From Eledone cirrhosa (Eukaryota): a stretch of 64,000 bases of DNA. Of the stretch, positions 51,401 through 64,000 are shown one piece after another; within the stretch, counting starts at the first letter, position 1; the number at the start of each line of letters is the position of its first letter. The stretch spans positions 31,930,001 to 31,994,000 of the forward strand of contig OZ024745.1 in the NCBI GenBank assembly GCA_964016885.1, given 5' to 3'. The position numbers and the translations under genes are program-made. Under the pieces are notes generated by a model. It did not search any database and was not told where the DNA came from. It saw only the letters and a program-made list of their open reading frames with translations.

Positions 51401-51613
51401 GCAAACACAATGTTTCGATTAGGTGACGCAAATGGAGCAGCAGACGCTAACAATAAAGCCAGAACATTTATTAAAATATCAATTATTGTGGGTGTTTTCG
51501 CGATTCTTGCTTACATTGGAATAGTAGTAGCAGTTATTACAACTGCATCTGCAACGACTAGTGAAATATACAGTTCCAATGTGTACAACCGACCAAGTGA
51601 CTTTAGTAACTAA
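51401..51613 (+). CDS. CD225/dispanin protein, last coding exon (intracellular loop and TM helix)
   Basis: Acceptor tttttattttctag|, ANTMFRLGDANGAADANNKARTFIKISIIVGVFAILAYIGIVVAVI...SN-stop; GDxxGA-A-KAR loop typical of CD225; in frame with the previous exon. Confidence 0.92.
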   Translation, partial: ANTMFRLGDANGAADANNKARTFIKISIIVGVFAILAYIGIVVAVITTASATTSEIYSSNVYNRPSDFSN

Positions 51614-51675
51614 ATGACTATTAGTAACAACAATTTTGTTCTTTTTTTGCATATTTTCATTTTTAATACTAATCG

Positions 51676-51681
51676 AATAAA
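51676..51681 (+). promoter_or_regulatory. Candidate polyadenylation signal of the dispanin gene
   Basis: AATAAA 62 nt after the stop codon; an alternative lies at 53191-53196. AT-rich context makes chance matches common. Confidence 0.35.
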
Positions 51682-52319
51682 ATATTCTCAAAAATTTATT
51701 TTTAATATATTACGAACTTCAGTCAACAAATTATATATTGTATAATTTTTAGCCATTAAAGCACACACACTTTGAATTTATCATTTAGATTGTACCATCA
51801 ACATCTTTGTCTCCCTGTGTGCAACCTTGTCATTGACATAGTTCCAATATTCCATTCAGTATACTCAACCATTAGAACATTAGATACTGCCGTTTATTTT
51901 CTTTTTATAACCATTTCTTGCATGAAGTTATCAAATATCCCAGGAAATTCTAAGTTCTTTAACATAATTATTACCCTATTTTCCCATATCTCAGTCATGT
52001 ATAATGCTCACCCCATCTAGTTTTGGTGTATAACATTTAGTTATGGTGTATACAACGCACCCCACAAAACAAACAAGGAAAAAAGTGGGAAAAAACTGTA
52101 CTGTATACACGGAAGAATACGGTAAGCAAAATATATTAAAAAAAAGGTTTCCTTGCTTTCTAAAATGTTACTTTTTAGTCATTAAGTATTAGATACATAA
52201 CCCACTTTAATTAGTCTGAACTAGATATGAATCACACACAAATTAGTTACACAAATAATGGAATAGAATACACAAAAATTCACAAATGCAGCTACATATC
52301 ATCACATTATATTTTAGAT

Positions 52320-52825
52320 CAGCAGTCACCAACCTTTATGTACTATGGACCGGTGTCATACAAGACAATTTCTCCATGGACCAATGGGAGGGCTCTGTGT
52401 TAGTCACAATCACAACAAAACACAAACAATAAAGTGCATATTATATAATTTTATTATTAATTAAATTATTACATTTATACTGTAAATGGGACTCAATATA
52501 ATGCAGACTCAACTCAATATAAGGCAGACTCAACATAAGGTAGCCTCAACTCAATATAAGGTAGACTCAAATCAATATAATGTAGACTCAACTTAACATA
52601 AGGTAGACACAACTCAACATAAGGTAGACTCAACTCAACATATGGTAGACTCAACTTAACATAAGGTAGACTCAACTCAACATAAAGTACACTCAACTTA
52701 ACATAAGGTACACTCAACTCAATATAAGGTAGACCACAATAATAAATAAAATGGAAAAAAAGTTTTTATCCTTTCTGTGCAACCTGGTACCAAATGGTCC
52801 ACTGACCAGTGGTTGAGGACTGCTG
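52320..52825. mobile_element. hAT (Charlie-type) MITE containing a 21-bp tandem array
   Basis: TIRs cagcagtcaccaacc / ggttgaggactgctg; 8-bp TSD ttttagat/ttttaaat; actcaactcaacataaggtag repeats at 52490-52735. Confidence 0.85.
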
Positions 52826-54033
52826 TTTTAAATTATAGTAATTATAACGGTTATTAGTGCAAACTACTAATTAATACCAACCACACTTTATTTCCCACCA
52901 TTAACTTCAAGTTTGATATTGGATTCAATATTTCTCTGATCATCTCTTAGAAGATGGAGTACATAGCCAACATAAATAATTTTATTATATTTTAATGTTT
53001 TTATTGAATTTTACCATGGGTTTTTTTTCTGTTTTGTTTTTTCATTTCAATACCATATCTGAAAATAATCTCTTCTCGTAAATTCTTTTCTGTCTCAACT
53101 AATGTATTTTATGATAAAATAATAGCTGCTTAATATTTGCAAACAAATTGTAAATCACCTTGTTTATGAAATATGATTAACATCCAATGAAATAAAATAT
53201 TTTCTTTACTAAAAATTGTTGTGGTTTTGTATAATATTATGTGTCGACCTTGTGTTTATGTTATAAATTAATATTGTTGTTATTACTACTACTATTATTA
53301 AGATGGTGGATTAGCAGAGCATCGGACAACATGCTTTACTGCATATAGTTGATAAAATTGCTGGCCTTGTCCCCAAAGTAGAAACGATTATTGTTAGCTT
53401 GTTGGATTGACAGAATAGTTAGAGTGTATTACGATATTTATTTCAGTTCTTCAAGTTCTGAGTTCAAATCCTGGAGTTAACTAGGGTCTATAAAATAAAG
53501 GACCAGACAAGTATAATGTTGGGAGCCCTCCCCACCGACAGCATTTTAGGAAATCTAGAAGTATATCGGTCTCCTCTTTGCCTTTTCCTCAATGAATTCC
53601 TTAGACAAGAAACTATGTTTTTTCTTTTTTTTTTAGTGTTTGTTTGTTTTTCTTTGGCTGCAGCTAATCCATGTGTACTGCTTCACTCGAGTAATATTAG
53701 CAATGCTGCAGTTGCTGCTGTTATAATTTGCACGATCATCATTCTATTCATTTGTATCTGTTAAATTGCAAATATCTGTGTTGATAATTATGTCTACCTG
53801 TTTAATTGCCATGAGAGTTTTCTGTTAATCATTTATTTTTTTAAACTTTGTTTTGATTACAAAATTAAATTTGGAAATGTATTAGTTGCAACGACGTTTG
53901 TAGAGAACATCTCTTTCCGGCTTCCAAGAAGCTTTATATATTTTTTTACAAGCTTGATTCGTCCATCCGTAACGAAAATAATTATATACTAATTGCAGAA
54001 TCAATTTTACACTGTTTAATGTTTATTTATAGT

Positions 54034-54600
54034 AATAATTGTTTCTACTTTAGGCACAAGGCCAGCAAATTTCAGTGCATTACTGGTACTTTATTTTATC
54101 GAACCCGTAAGGATGAAAGGTAAAGTCAACCTCGGCGGGATATGAACTCAGATCGTAAAGGGACGTAACTATGCTGGAAAGCATGGCGTCCGACTCTCTA
54201 CCGATACTTCCAATCCACTAATAATGATTTCTAATTTAATCACAAAGCCAGTAATTTAAGGAGTCAATCAAATGGACCCCATTACTTGACTAGTACATTT
54301 GTTATCGATCCCGGAAAGATAAAAGGCAAAGTTGACCTCATGAGAATTTGAAGTGAAAATGTAAAGAGCCAAAACAAATAATGTGACATCTTGCCCAGCA
54401 TTCTAACCATTCTACCTCCAACCCACTTTCAATGGTTTCTAGCATAGGCACAGCGCCAGAAATTTCAGAGAGAAGAGAAAATCGATTATATTGATCTCAG
54501 TACTTACTGACACTTTGTTTTATCGATTCTGGAAGGATGAAAGGCAAAGTTGACTTCGGTGGATTTGAATTCTGAATATAAAGAGCTGGAACAAATGCCC
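54034..54600 (-). mobile_element. Cluster of three second-family SINE copies (one young, two diverged)
   Basis: Reverse-complement cores (gatgaaaggcaaagttgac-like) at about 54110, 54320 and 54535. Confidence 0.75.
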
Positions 54601-54824
54601 CCAACAAATCCACTGCCCATATTCATAGTACTGTAATAATGTTAATACAATTCCGGTTATACATACATCAGTACAACATTAAATTTAAAATCTAAATTCA
54701 TTTATGCGTGGAAATCAGATTTTTTTTTTAATCAGAAAATTGATATTTTCAAATCCGTGTGTTTTCCATATTGGAATGTTTTTCAAATATGGGTTGAAAG
54801 TGTTATAAAAACCAGTGGATGTAG

Positions 54825-55460
54825 AATCAGTTAGCTGGAATTTGCAGACGACATGGTGCTATATAACTTGTTGAAGGGTGATCTCCGACATGCATTTAAT
54901 AAGTTTGCTGTTGAGTGTTGCACAACAGGAATGAAAATCAATGCTGCGAAGATTGAGGCATTCGTCCACTCAAGACAGCCCAAGCAGTGCATTCTACATC
55001 TAAGCGGAGTTTACAGAAGAAGGTGGGGAAGTTAAAGTATCTTAGGGTCTTGTTCAGAAGTGATGGAAGACAGGAGGCTGAATTAAATGCAATTATTGCA
55101 GGAACTGATGCAGTAATGCACCAGCATCGGCACTTGGCCATCGGAAGAAGGGAAGTAGGTATAAAAGTCAAACTCGTTGCCTACCCTTACATATGGTCAT
55201 GAATCCTGGGTAATGACAGAAAGGATATAATCGTAAATAAAAGCGGTCAAAGGGTCTTTCGAGTAATGTTACACGACAAGGTGCGTAGATCAGAGCTCTG
55301 ATACTACATGGAGTTAAAATGTCTGAGAAAATAATTACTGGACAGATATTACGGGCAAAACCAAACAACAGGAGACTGAGAGAGAGACACCGAGCAAGAT
55401 GGTCGCGGTTGGAGATTCAGCCGGATCATTTGAAGGAATAAGTGGACGAAGACGAAGTGT
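54825..55460 (+). mobile_element. Degenerate RTE 3' fragment (different family)
   Basis: FADDMVL, KYLRVLFRSDG, LTYGHESWVMT; a related 3' end lies on the minus strand at 56420-56625. Confidence 0.75.
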
Positions 55461-55586
55461 GAAAGAATGAGAAAAAAGGTAGAGTAATAAATATACTCAA
55501 AATATTTACGACTGGATAGATAGATAGATAGATAGGGAGGAGTAGATAGGTCGATATAAAGACAGATTGCCAGATAGGTAGGAAGA

Positions 55587-55981
55587 CATCATCATCATCA
55601 TCATTTCATTTTACGTCCACTTTTCCCTGCTTGCAAGGGTGGGACGGGAACTGATTCTGGCTTGATTTCTACAGCTGGATGCCCTTCCTAACACCAACCT
55701 CATTTACAGTGAGTGCTGGGTGCTTTTTTTTCCGTGGTGCCTACACGTCCACTTTACAGTGAGTGCTGGGTGCTTTTTTGCCGTGGCACCTCCACGACCA
55801 CTCTACAGTGGAATGATATGGATCCCAGTCCCTATCATCTCATTTCTACAGCTGAGTAAACTGGATCAATGTGAAATAAAGTGTCTTGCTCAAGGAAACA
55901 ACACATCACCCGGTCTGAGAATTGAACTCACAACCTTTCAATTGCAAGGCCAATGCTCTAACCACTAAGCCATGTGCCTCC
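55587..55981 (-). mobile_element. tRNA-derived SINE with RTE-type 3' tail and internal ~50-bp duplication
   Basis: Same family as 16375 and 33732; tttacagtgagtgctgggtgc occurs twice. Confidence 0.9.
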
Positions 55982-57654
55982 ACTAAGACAGATAGATAGA
56001 TTTCTTTATTTGCCACAAGGGCACACAAGAAATGGGACATTACAAGACATGGGACGGAGGTTTTATATGGAAGCGTGTAAATAAATTTAACAATTATAAA
56101 ATAGAATAAACAATCGAAATCCCCAATAGGTCTGTGTGTGTGTGTGTGTGTGTACATTCATAACAGACAACAAAATCAACAAGCATCATATCTTTGTGAT
56201 TTGAACTTGTGACTTTTGTGGGCTATTTCAAAAAGTGGTCATCCTCCTTATCCATCCACTCTCTCTCTCTCTCTCTGTTTAAAAAAAAGGAAGCTTCTTG
56301 TTAAAAGCTATTTATACCAAAGATCTACGTATTTCTCCAGCTTTTGAATATTTCTTTGGTTGTTGTTTTGCTGCCATCCCATGTGATAATGTAGGGGTTG
56401 AATTTTGGAACCTAACCACTCCTTCTTCTTCACCCACTTATTCCTCGGAGAGTCGTGGGGACAGAGTCCTCAAACACTCCTTCCAACGGATCCTGTCAGG
56501 AGCAACCATTTCCAACTGATCTGGCTGGATCCCCCAAGCGAGACCAGCCGAGATCATCGATGTTAATCCAACCATCTTTCTCGGGGTCTATCCCTGAGTC
56601 TCCTGCCAGTTGGGTTTGCCCGTAAAACCTAACCTTTGCAGTAAAATATAGTTTGAAAAGTTATTAATATAACATCAACAAATAGGTTATTAATAAATGC
56701 TTCTATTTTTGTGAAATTTATTAGAAAGATGAAGAAGATCGGTACTTCTTCAATATGGGTTGTTGGTAAACAGCTTCTTCAACATGAATTATTGGTAAAC
56801 AGAAATTTGATGGGTTGATTAGAAAAGGTTCGCTAGTCTTACCCTTTGCTCATGGATTAGATTAAGCTGCTTTATATGAGACCGAAATCTCAGTAACACA
56901 TTCACTCCTTACATCCTAGTTGCTACGATGGAGAGGGAAAATCAACTACTGAAATACCGTGATTTTTCTTCTTTTTTTAGGGGGCGGGGTGCTCAAGTGT
57001 TCAGGGGCAACTGGGCCTCTGACAACGAAGTTCTTGTCAATGTTGATTACTCGTTTTACTGAAGTATCAGATGATGTTCGTGAAGATGATTGACTATACC
57101 AATGTCTCGTTATGATGTGACTACCTTGGCTTACCTCAAAACGTTTTATCGGAAACAGCATTATCTGGCTATCGAGTACAATTGAATGAGCATGTATTAT
57201 ATATTTCCCTTTTTTTATTTTTTTTTTTTTCATATTTATTTGTTTCTTTTGCAAATCACAAAAATATTCCTAATGAAATAAACTCTGTTTTAATTAATTA
57301 ATGAAGAATTTTGAAGTATTTAGTAAAATGATTAATTATTTCATTACTAATATAGTAATTTAACACATTCCCATATAAAATCGTGTTGAAAGATGTTAAT
57401 TTAAATAGAAACCGTTTGAAATGGGTGGTTTTATTTCGTAGAACCTGAGTCGGTTTCGGCAGAGCTGTGTATGTATGCATGTATGTATTCGTACAGCGAT
57501 AACTGCAAGGATTTTTGTATGAATCTAGTAATATCAGAAGAGCTTATAGTCTCATGATTACTAAGAAAATTGTGGTTATTTTTAGAAGTACTGTTAAATT
57601 GTCAGGATAATAATCACCATAATTATTACCACCAAACCAATTATAATACCATAT

Positions 57655-58072
57655 TCAGGATACAGACAGACAAAAAATTAGAACACACTAAGCCTGACCT
57701 GATGGTTTTTGACAAGGAAAAAAGATCGTGCTTGGTTGTAGATGTAGCCTGCCCCTTTGACACAAGAGTGCAAGAAAAGAAGGAAAAAATTAACCAATAC
57801 CAGGATTTAAAGTGGGAATGAAAAAGGATTTGAGATCAATGTCGTCCCGATTGTCATAGGAGCACTAGGTACTATCTCGAAGAGTTTTCAAGGATGGTTA
57901 AAGAATATTAGTCCAGCCCCTTTTTTGAAACACTTCAAAAGGCATGCTTGCTGGGAACAGCAAGAACCCTCCGAATATCTGAGGTTGCAGGTAGCGGCTT
58001 GGTGTTCATTTGAACAAACTTTCCAGTTAAATAACATCAATGACTGAAACTCCAAGAAAATCATAATAATAA
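57655..58072 (+). mobile_element. R4/Dong-like 3' fragment (restriction-like endonuclease) ending at (TAA)n
   Basis: IQTDKKLEHTKPDLMV..VVDVACPFD..KINQYQDL, VVPIVIGALG, LQKACLLGTA. Confidence 0.85.
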
Positions 58073-58206
58073 TAATTGTTTCTACTTCTGGCACAAGGCC
58101 AGCAATTACTCCACTGCATTACTGGTACTTTATTTTATCGACCCCGTAAGGATGAAAGGCAAAGTTAACCTCGGTGGGATTTGAACTCAGAATGGCAATG
58201 GCCGTA
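58072..58206 (-). mobile_element. Second SINE family copy (5'-truncated)
   Basis: Reverse complement of the core and tail. Confidence 0.8.
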
Positions 58207-58408
58207 ATTACCTGAAATCTAAGAGAAAGAATAAAATCTGTTTTTAAATAAATAAAACAATTAAGCAAAGCATTTGGTCAACCAATTCCCCCGGGAATTA
58301 CTAGAAACCAAAATATACGTTAGTGCATATAGCTGGAATCAGTGGTTGTACATTCTACTAAATCGAAAGCTTAGTGTATTCATTCATGCATGCAAGCATA
58401 CATATATA

Positions 58409-58740
58409 CGAGGGCAATCCCAAAAGTAAGGTCTCCTTCCGATATTGCAACTTTTCCGTTAAAATCCTGCGGATGGTGCTGCGGGAAACCTCAGGAACCA
58501 AAATGCAGAGAGCATCCAGAGTGATCTGCCGATCTTTACGCATGTTTTCCTCGGAAGGAGACCTTATGTTTTGGATTGCCCTCTATATAATAACTGCGCG
58601 AAATTCGCACTTGGCGGTAGCGTTCAACGGGAGCTCCATTCTCAACGGCTGCCAAGCCAAGATTGAGCATCCCAGCGAAAATGTTATTTATCCATTATAA
58701 AGATTAAATGATAGCATTCTATATGTGGGTGGGACCTCGT
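58409..58740 (-). mobile_element. Internally deleted mariner element
   Basis: TA-CGAGGGCAATCCCAAAAGT TIR-type end; HTH remnant DRQITLDAL..VSRSTIRRILTEKLQYRK. Confidence 0.75.
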
Positions 58741-60171
58741 AATCTCCTGGCAACCAATATTTTTAGACCCAGTCCACCACTGGTTGTACAGCACAAATGG
58801 ATTTTTAGGAACAGTATCGAAGTTAATTGCTTAAGAGGTAAACTGCTTATTCTTTAAACTTTTTTGTAATGTCTACACCAGAGATGGAGAAGCTTTTTAT
58901 ATTGGAAGGCTCCATTGAAATTAACCGACCGCCAATGATGTCACACTTTGAAAAAGATTGTCCCATCAAACTTCAGTTATTTTACCAAATAGAATTACAA
59001 ATTTAAATAAAATAATATAATTGCTGCTGTTGTTTTTGTTTTCTACGAATCATAATTCGCTGAAAAGATAGGCGTTAAATGAAACCAGCAAAAATATATT
59101 CCAATATGAAGGTTTGCTTTCGAACGTTGTGCTTCTTTCGGAAGGCCATATGCGACCTTAAGATCGCAGGATCTCTGCCCCTAACCTAAAACCATTTTAG
59201 CAATAATATATAATAGATATATCATCAAGACTTTAGCATGTTTTTACATAATTTGTTAACAAAGGTAAAGCGGTGGATTAAGCTGGCATGCCAAAAGAAA
59301 TGAAATAAACCACTTAAGATTGCAAGTGAAAGTACGGTCGACTGGCTGAGGCGTTAGCCAGGCCCGTAGTAATGTTTTGTCGTTACACATTGTTCGTGCT
59401 TGCGGAGCAAAAGAAGAATTGGTGTTTACCTTAGCAAGGTCAAGCTGCAAGAGAGAGAGAGAGAGAGAGGCGCCAGAACACTCCCTTATATTCGGGCCAC
59501 GGGGAAGTAACTCCAATTAGTTTTGTTCCCCGAGCAAAGGTGGTGCTAGTCACAACAATACCCTCCTCCAGACGATAGACGATAATGAAGAAGTTAAATG
59601 TAGCGAGAAGGCGTACAGAACAAAACAGGGAAGGCAAAGGTATGTAAATGACAAAAGTTTGCAAAGGAGCAAAGTATAAAATAAGCATGCATGATAAATG
59701 TAACAGGAACAAATCATTGAAAAATAACACAGTTCAAACAGTGTTCACAGGAATGTAGCACAATTGCAGCAGGGAAACAGTGTAGGAAACAGTGTGTGTC
59801 CAAAGACAAGTGGTTTCTGAGTAAACAGAAACCTGTACGATTCCCGGCATCATATATATACATTGTTGTTGCTGTTGTTGTTGTTGTTAGCTGAAGCTCA
59901 GCCTGATTGAGTAGAAATGTAGTCATTCTTCCTGTTTTCTAGGCCAATGCATCTAGAACTACATTTTACAATGTGACCTTTTTCTAAGTCTTTGATATAA
60001 ATTTCGCTGTTATTTCTACCAGATCGAAGAACCACATAGAGCAGTGGTTTTCAAACCGTGCGCCGTGTCGTGAGATGTAACTCGATACACCGCAAAAAAC
60101 TACGAATAAGTTTTAAGATGTGAAAAAACAATTATGGAGAAGTTAAGAAATTGGAGGAAAACCTTACTAAC

Positions 60172-60536
60172 CTGTTGCGGTGAAGATTCTGGCTGGTCGA
60201 TGACTATATGAAGATCATTTTTCTTCGCGGCATTTACATTCTCTTCAAGATTCACATCCTTTTAGAGATTTACATCTTCAAGCTTCACATTTTCTTCAGG
60301 CTTCTCATTTTCTTCAAGTTTCCCATTTTCTTCAAAGGTCACGTTCTCTTCAAGTGTCACATTTTCTTCAGGCTTCTCATTTTCTTCAAGTTTCCCATTT
60401 TTTTCAAAGGTCACGTTCTCTTCAAGTGTCACATTTTCTTCAGTTGTTATCTCTACTACAGCCGGGTCTTCAGTTATAATTTCTGTCGATTGTGTTTCTT
60501 CTGTCTTAACAACAATTTCAATTTGAGCATCGTTGG
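60172..60536 (-). pseudogene. Exon-like acidic-repeat coding segment with in-frame TAA (unknown protein; pseudogene or null allele)
   Basis: Acceptor tgtgttctgacag|CC (phase 1); frame ANDAQIEIVVKTEE...(LEENVT/FEENGK/LEENEK/PEENV)n...LEDVNL*KDVNLEENVN...SSPQQ; phase-0 donor gttagt at 60171. The repeat register continues past the TAA at 60262-60264. Confidence 0.5.
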
Positions 60537-60555
60537 CTGTCAGAACACATAGAAA

Positions 60556-60599
<44 letters not shown>

Positions 60600-60977
60600 T
60601 GTATATATAGTGTATTTTGCAATACACTGTATGCTTAATTAAAAGCATTTCGAAGACCTTACGCTATTGTTTTAGAGTAGTGACAGTCTGACTTACTTTT
60701 TCAGCAAACAGGGGAGATAAAGCTGACAGAGTTCTGTTTCGTATTTTTTGGTACTTATCAAAGCTAACTACTCCGCCTGTTTGCTGAAAATCATGAATGT
60801 TTGATTCTTATAGAATTCTAGTAATAATCAGGAACTGATTATACAGAGCGGTTGCCGGTCAAGCAGAAATTGAAAATTAGAATTGGTGCTCTGAAATAGC
60901 GATATATATATGAATGTATATATAGTGTATTTTGCAATACACTGTATGCTTAATTAAAAGCATTTCGAAGACCTTAG

Positions 60978-61400
60978 GCAGCTCCGCAACCCCCTTTTCT
61001 ACCGCCCCCTACACTCTGACTCTACGTGCCACTACCAGCAACAAGTTTCCACCTCCCGAGCTGATCCTCACCCTTAACTGCGTCTCCCTCTCGGGTGAAA
61101 TTTAGCAACAAGTCTCTGGGGTAGCCATGGGCACAAGAATGGGCCCCAACTATGCCAACCTTTTCGTTGGTCATTGCCACTCCTACCTCGACTTTACCTC
61201 CTCACACCCCATACACACCAAACACTCCATTCCTTACTCCCAACTCTTCCGGATCCGCCGCCTTTGCAGCCAAGATGCGGACTTCGAGACCCAGGCCCTT
61301 TCTTTGGTCCGTCATTTCACCCGGAGCGGTTAACCCCCATCCCCTCGTCCATGCCACCCTTGCCAGTGACCGAGCTGTCCCTGCACCTTCCGCAAGAGAG
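60978..61400 (+). mobile_element. Internally deleted Neptune-type PLE fragment
   Basis: GVAMGTRMGPNYANLFVG and HSYLDFTSSHP..SIPYSQLFRIRRLCS, homologous to 25460-25960. Confidence 0.85.
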
Positions 61401-61894
61401 AGATGGCCGCTGACCTACTTACACAACTGCCACCATAGTAAAATAAGTCAACTGGACCGAAACAACCCTACTTGCAGATATAGCTGACTAGCTGAAAAAC
61501 CACCCTTCGTGTGGTTTTCTGCTAGCCTGTGTAGTGTGTATATTGATATTATACGCAAGTATATATGCATATAGATATGATACATCAAATAAAATCATAA
61601 TTGACAATATACACAGAAATTGAACGAAGACTGCGTTACATTGTTTTATGTAATCAGTAACGTAATCCATGATACATTAAAAAAAAGACGATATTATATA
61701 TAAACTATATTAGGAGAAAATTAGTGACGGAAATATATGAATGTTTATTTAAGCGATCGCTAACCGGAAGTGTTGACATTTGAAAATTGTAAAGAAGTGA
61801 ATCTTTAAATAAACAATAAAATATATATAATCAACAGCTAGGAAATTTAGTAGATAAATGATGTAATATTCATTCATTATTTATTCAAAGAGGG

Positions 61895-62081
61895 AGGCGG
61901 ATTGGCAGTATCGGTAGAGGGTCGGACGCCATGCTTTCCAGCATAGTTACGTCCCTTTATGATCTGAGTTCAAATCCCGCCGAGGTTAACTTTGCCTTTC
62001 ATCCTTACGGGGTCGATAAAATAAAGTACCAGTAATGCACTGGAATAATTGCTGGCCTTGTGCCTAAAGTAGAAACAATTA
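61895..62081 (+). mobile_element. Second SINE family copy
   Basis: Near-identical to 20776-20968. Confidence 0.85.
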
Positions 62082-62201
62082 TTTATTCAAAGTAATCCAA
62101 CTTATTTTACTAAGGGGATAAAAAATTATAAACCGTACGCAGTCCCGCACTCCTTACTTTATTATAGTATAGATTGTTAAAATCAACTATGGCGGACTGA
62201 C

Positions 62202-62236
62202 CTGCTTCAAGGACAACTGACCTGTCATGATAGTAT
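62202..62236 (-). CDS. Candidate 35-nt micro-exon of the minus-strand gene
   Basis: Acceptor tttcttctcattggtcag|, donor gtcagt at 62201; joins the 62552-62568 exon to the 60536 exon in frame (MNEVCRYYHDRSVVLEA-ANDAQ). Confidence 0.3.
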
Positions 62237-62551
62237 CTGACCAATGAGAAGAAATTATACCCTTCGGATGCCAGAGTTCGTTCATTTTAGTTCATATGCC
62301 GCATTTTCTTTGGATAATAACACCACTTTCCGGATCTGGGCGTATCAACAAATTGACAAGGTAAACTCTATTCCTCCATTATGTTTCCATGTTTTTTTCT
62401 GTTCTAGTTCTACCTGCCTGATGGGATCATAACTGTTGAACTATGGTTATCACTGAAATATATATTACACAAAATATGAATAAACGAAGTTAATTTTAAT
62501 CTGTTGAATTACATTTCTTGTTGTAAATTACTCCGGAGGAAACAGACTCAC

Positions 62552-62568
62552 CTGCACACCTCGTTCAT
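62552..62568 (-). CDS. Candidate first coding exon (ATG) of the minus-strand gene
   Basis: ATGAACGAGGTGTGCAG followed by the consensus donor gtgagt at 62551. Confidence 0.3.
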
Positions 62569-64000
62569 TGCTCTAACCTGGATACTAAAGTGCCGGTAAG
62601 CAACCAACACAAACTCAATATATATACATATACGTATATATATCCCGAGTTAAATTGGGTGGAGCCATAGTTAATAAGGTACTCAATACCTTAGTAGAGT
62701 ATAAACACTCCTGCAGAGATCAAAAGGTAGTAATCTCTCTGTCGCTTGTCAAACAAGTCAGTCAATCATGACGATATTTAAAGGGGAACAGATCAATGTC
62801 AAATTTAGATACCATTGTAAGCTCAGTTGACCTGAAACATTTGATAGGCAGAAAAAAGTTGATTATATAATACGCCCTAGGAAAGAAGTTAGTAGATACA
62901 AATCCTTTACTTGTACTAGATATCTGAGAATAATACAAAGCATTACAAAACCAAAAATACGATTGTGAATCGTCTCTTGAACTGAGGCATTGAATTGACT
63001 AAATTTACCATAAAATCCACTTCTATTTCATTACATAGCTTCACTGTTAGGTTAAAGAGCTGGTTACAGTTTGTAACTATATTACTCAAATTTATTCTTG
63101 AAATAGGATCATATATTTTCAATGGAAGTAAGTAAATTTCATTACAATAAATCAATCATGCGTGCACCAGGAGAGATTATATTTTACATTTTCATGATGG
63201 AATGTTAGTAATTGTTGCTGTTCATTGAAGATTGACACCAAAGCCCCTGCTAGCAGTTTCACATACATTTGTTGTAGAGGCACAACTTGTTGGTTATAGA
63301 AGACTCCCCCAAACTATTGAAGAAACATCAGCTTGAGTTGTGGTCTGTGTGTTGCCACTGGTTGACTTTTGCTGCATACGTATCTCCTACAGCTGAAATT
63401 TATTATTGGCTCATAAGAGAGGTGTGCGGTAAGGGTGTTGGACTTACGATCATAATGTCGTGAGTTCGATTCCTGGACAGGGTTGTGTGTTGTGTTCTTG
63501 AGCAAAACACTTCATTTCACAATGCTCCGGTATGTTCAGCTGAAAACGAGTACCAGCAATTGCTAGTGGTTTACTTTTTGAATTTTATGGGGGTCTGTTT
63601 GTGTTTTAATGTGTTTTGGTGTAATGAGAGCAGGACATAACATATGAGATTTCTGGTAATGTTCTATTTTTGCCATGTTTAATGTTTAAAGAAAATTAAT
63701 TATCGCAGAAATGCTACCACATAAAATAAAATTTTGCCAAAGATAGACTTGCAAGCAGGGAAAAGCGGACGTAAAATGATGATGATGATGATGATGATGA
63801 TGAAGAGTAGCAAAATTTAATAAGCGGATGGGGGAGATCTCTAAAAAATTATTAACAGGTGTGTGGGGGGGGGGGGCAATTACTTGAGACCCAAGAATAT
63901 GTGAGCATAGCAAAAGCCTTGTTCCAGGCGTGTGAACAGTAATCGAGATGTATGATTAGTAGCTGAGGTGTAGGAAGAGTAATTATAACATTGATCAGTG

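Overview
Repeat-dense, AT-rich animal genomic DNA, very probably octopus/coleoid cephalopod (inferred from the tRNA-derived SINE families, RTE LINEs and abundant (TA)n/(CATA)n microsatellites). One clear host gene lies on the + strand: a CD225/dispanin (PRRT1/IFITM-like) membrane protein with coding exons 24144/24188-24469, 34945-35061 and 51401-51613 and an 11x six-residue PASGYP repeat. A second, weaker gene model on the - strand (about 57-62.6 kb) has an acidic-repeat exon with an in-frame TAA. The rest is mostly transposable elements: RTE LINEs (one near full length with a PHD-like finger), CR1, R4/Dong-clade elements, L1/Tx1 ends, Penelope-like elements (PLEs), Helitron-like elements, hAT, piggyBac and mariner derivatives, SINEs and TE-derived minisatellites. 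The most striking structure is a set of PLE-derived fold-back insertions in (TA)n tracts, from a 5.4-kb palindrome down to 120-bp hairpins. Several carry minimal type I hammerhead ribozyme motifs, some in the sense orientation of the dispanin pre-mRNA. All calls are from reading the sequence; no alignment, folding or database search was run.
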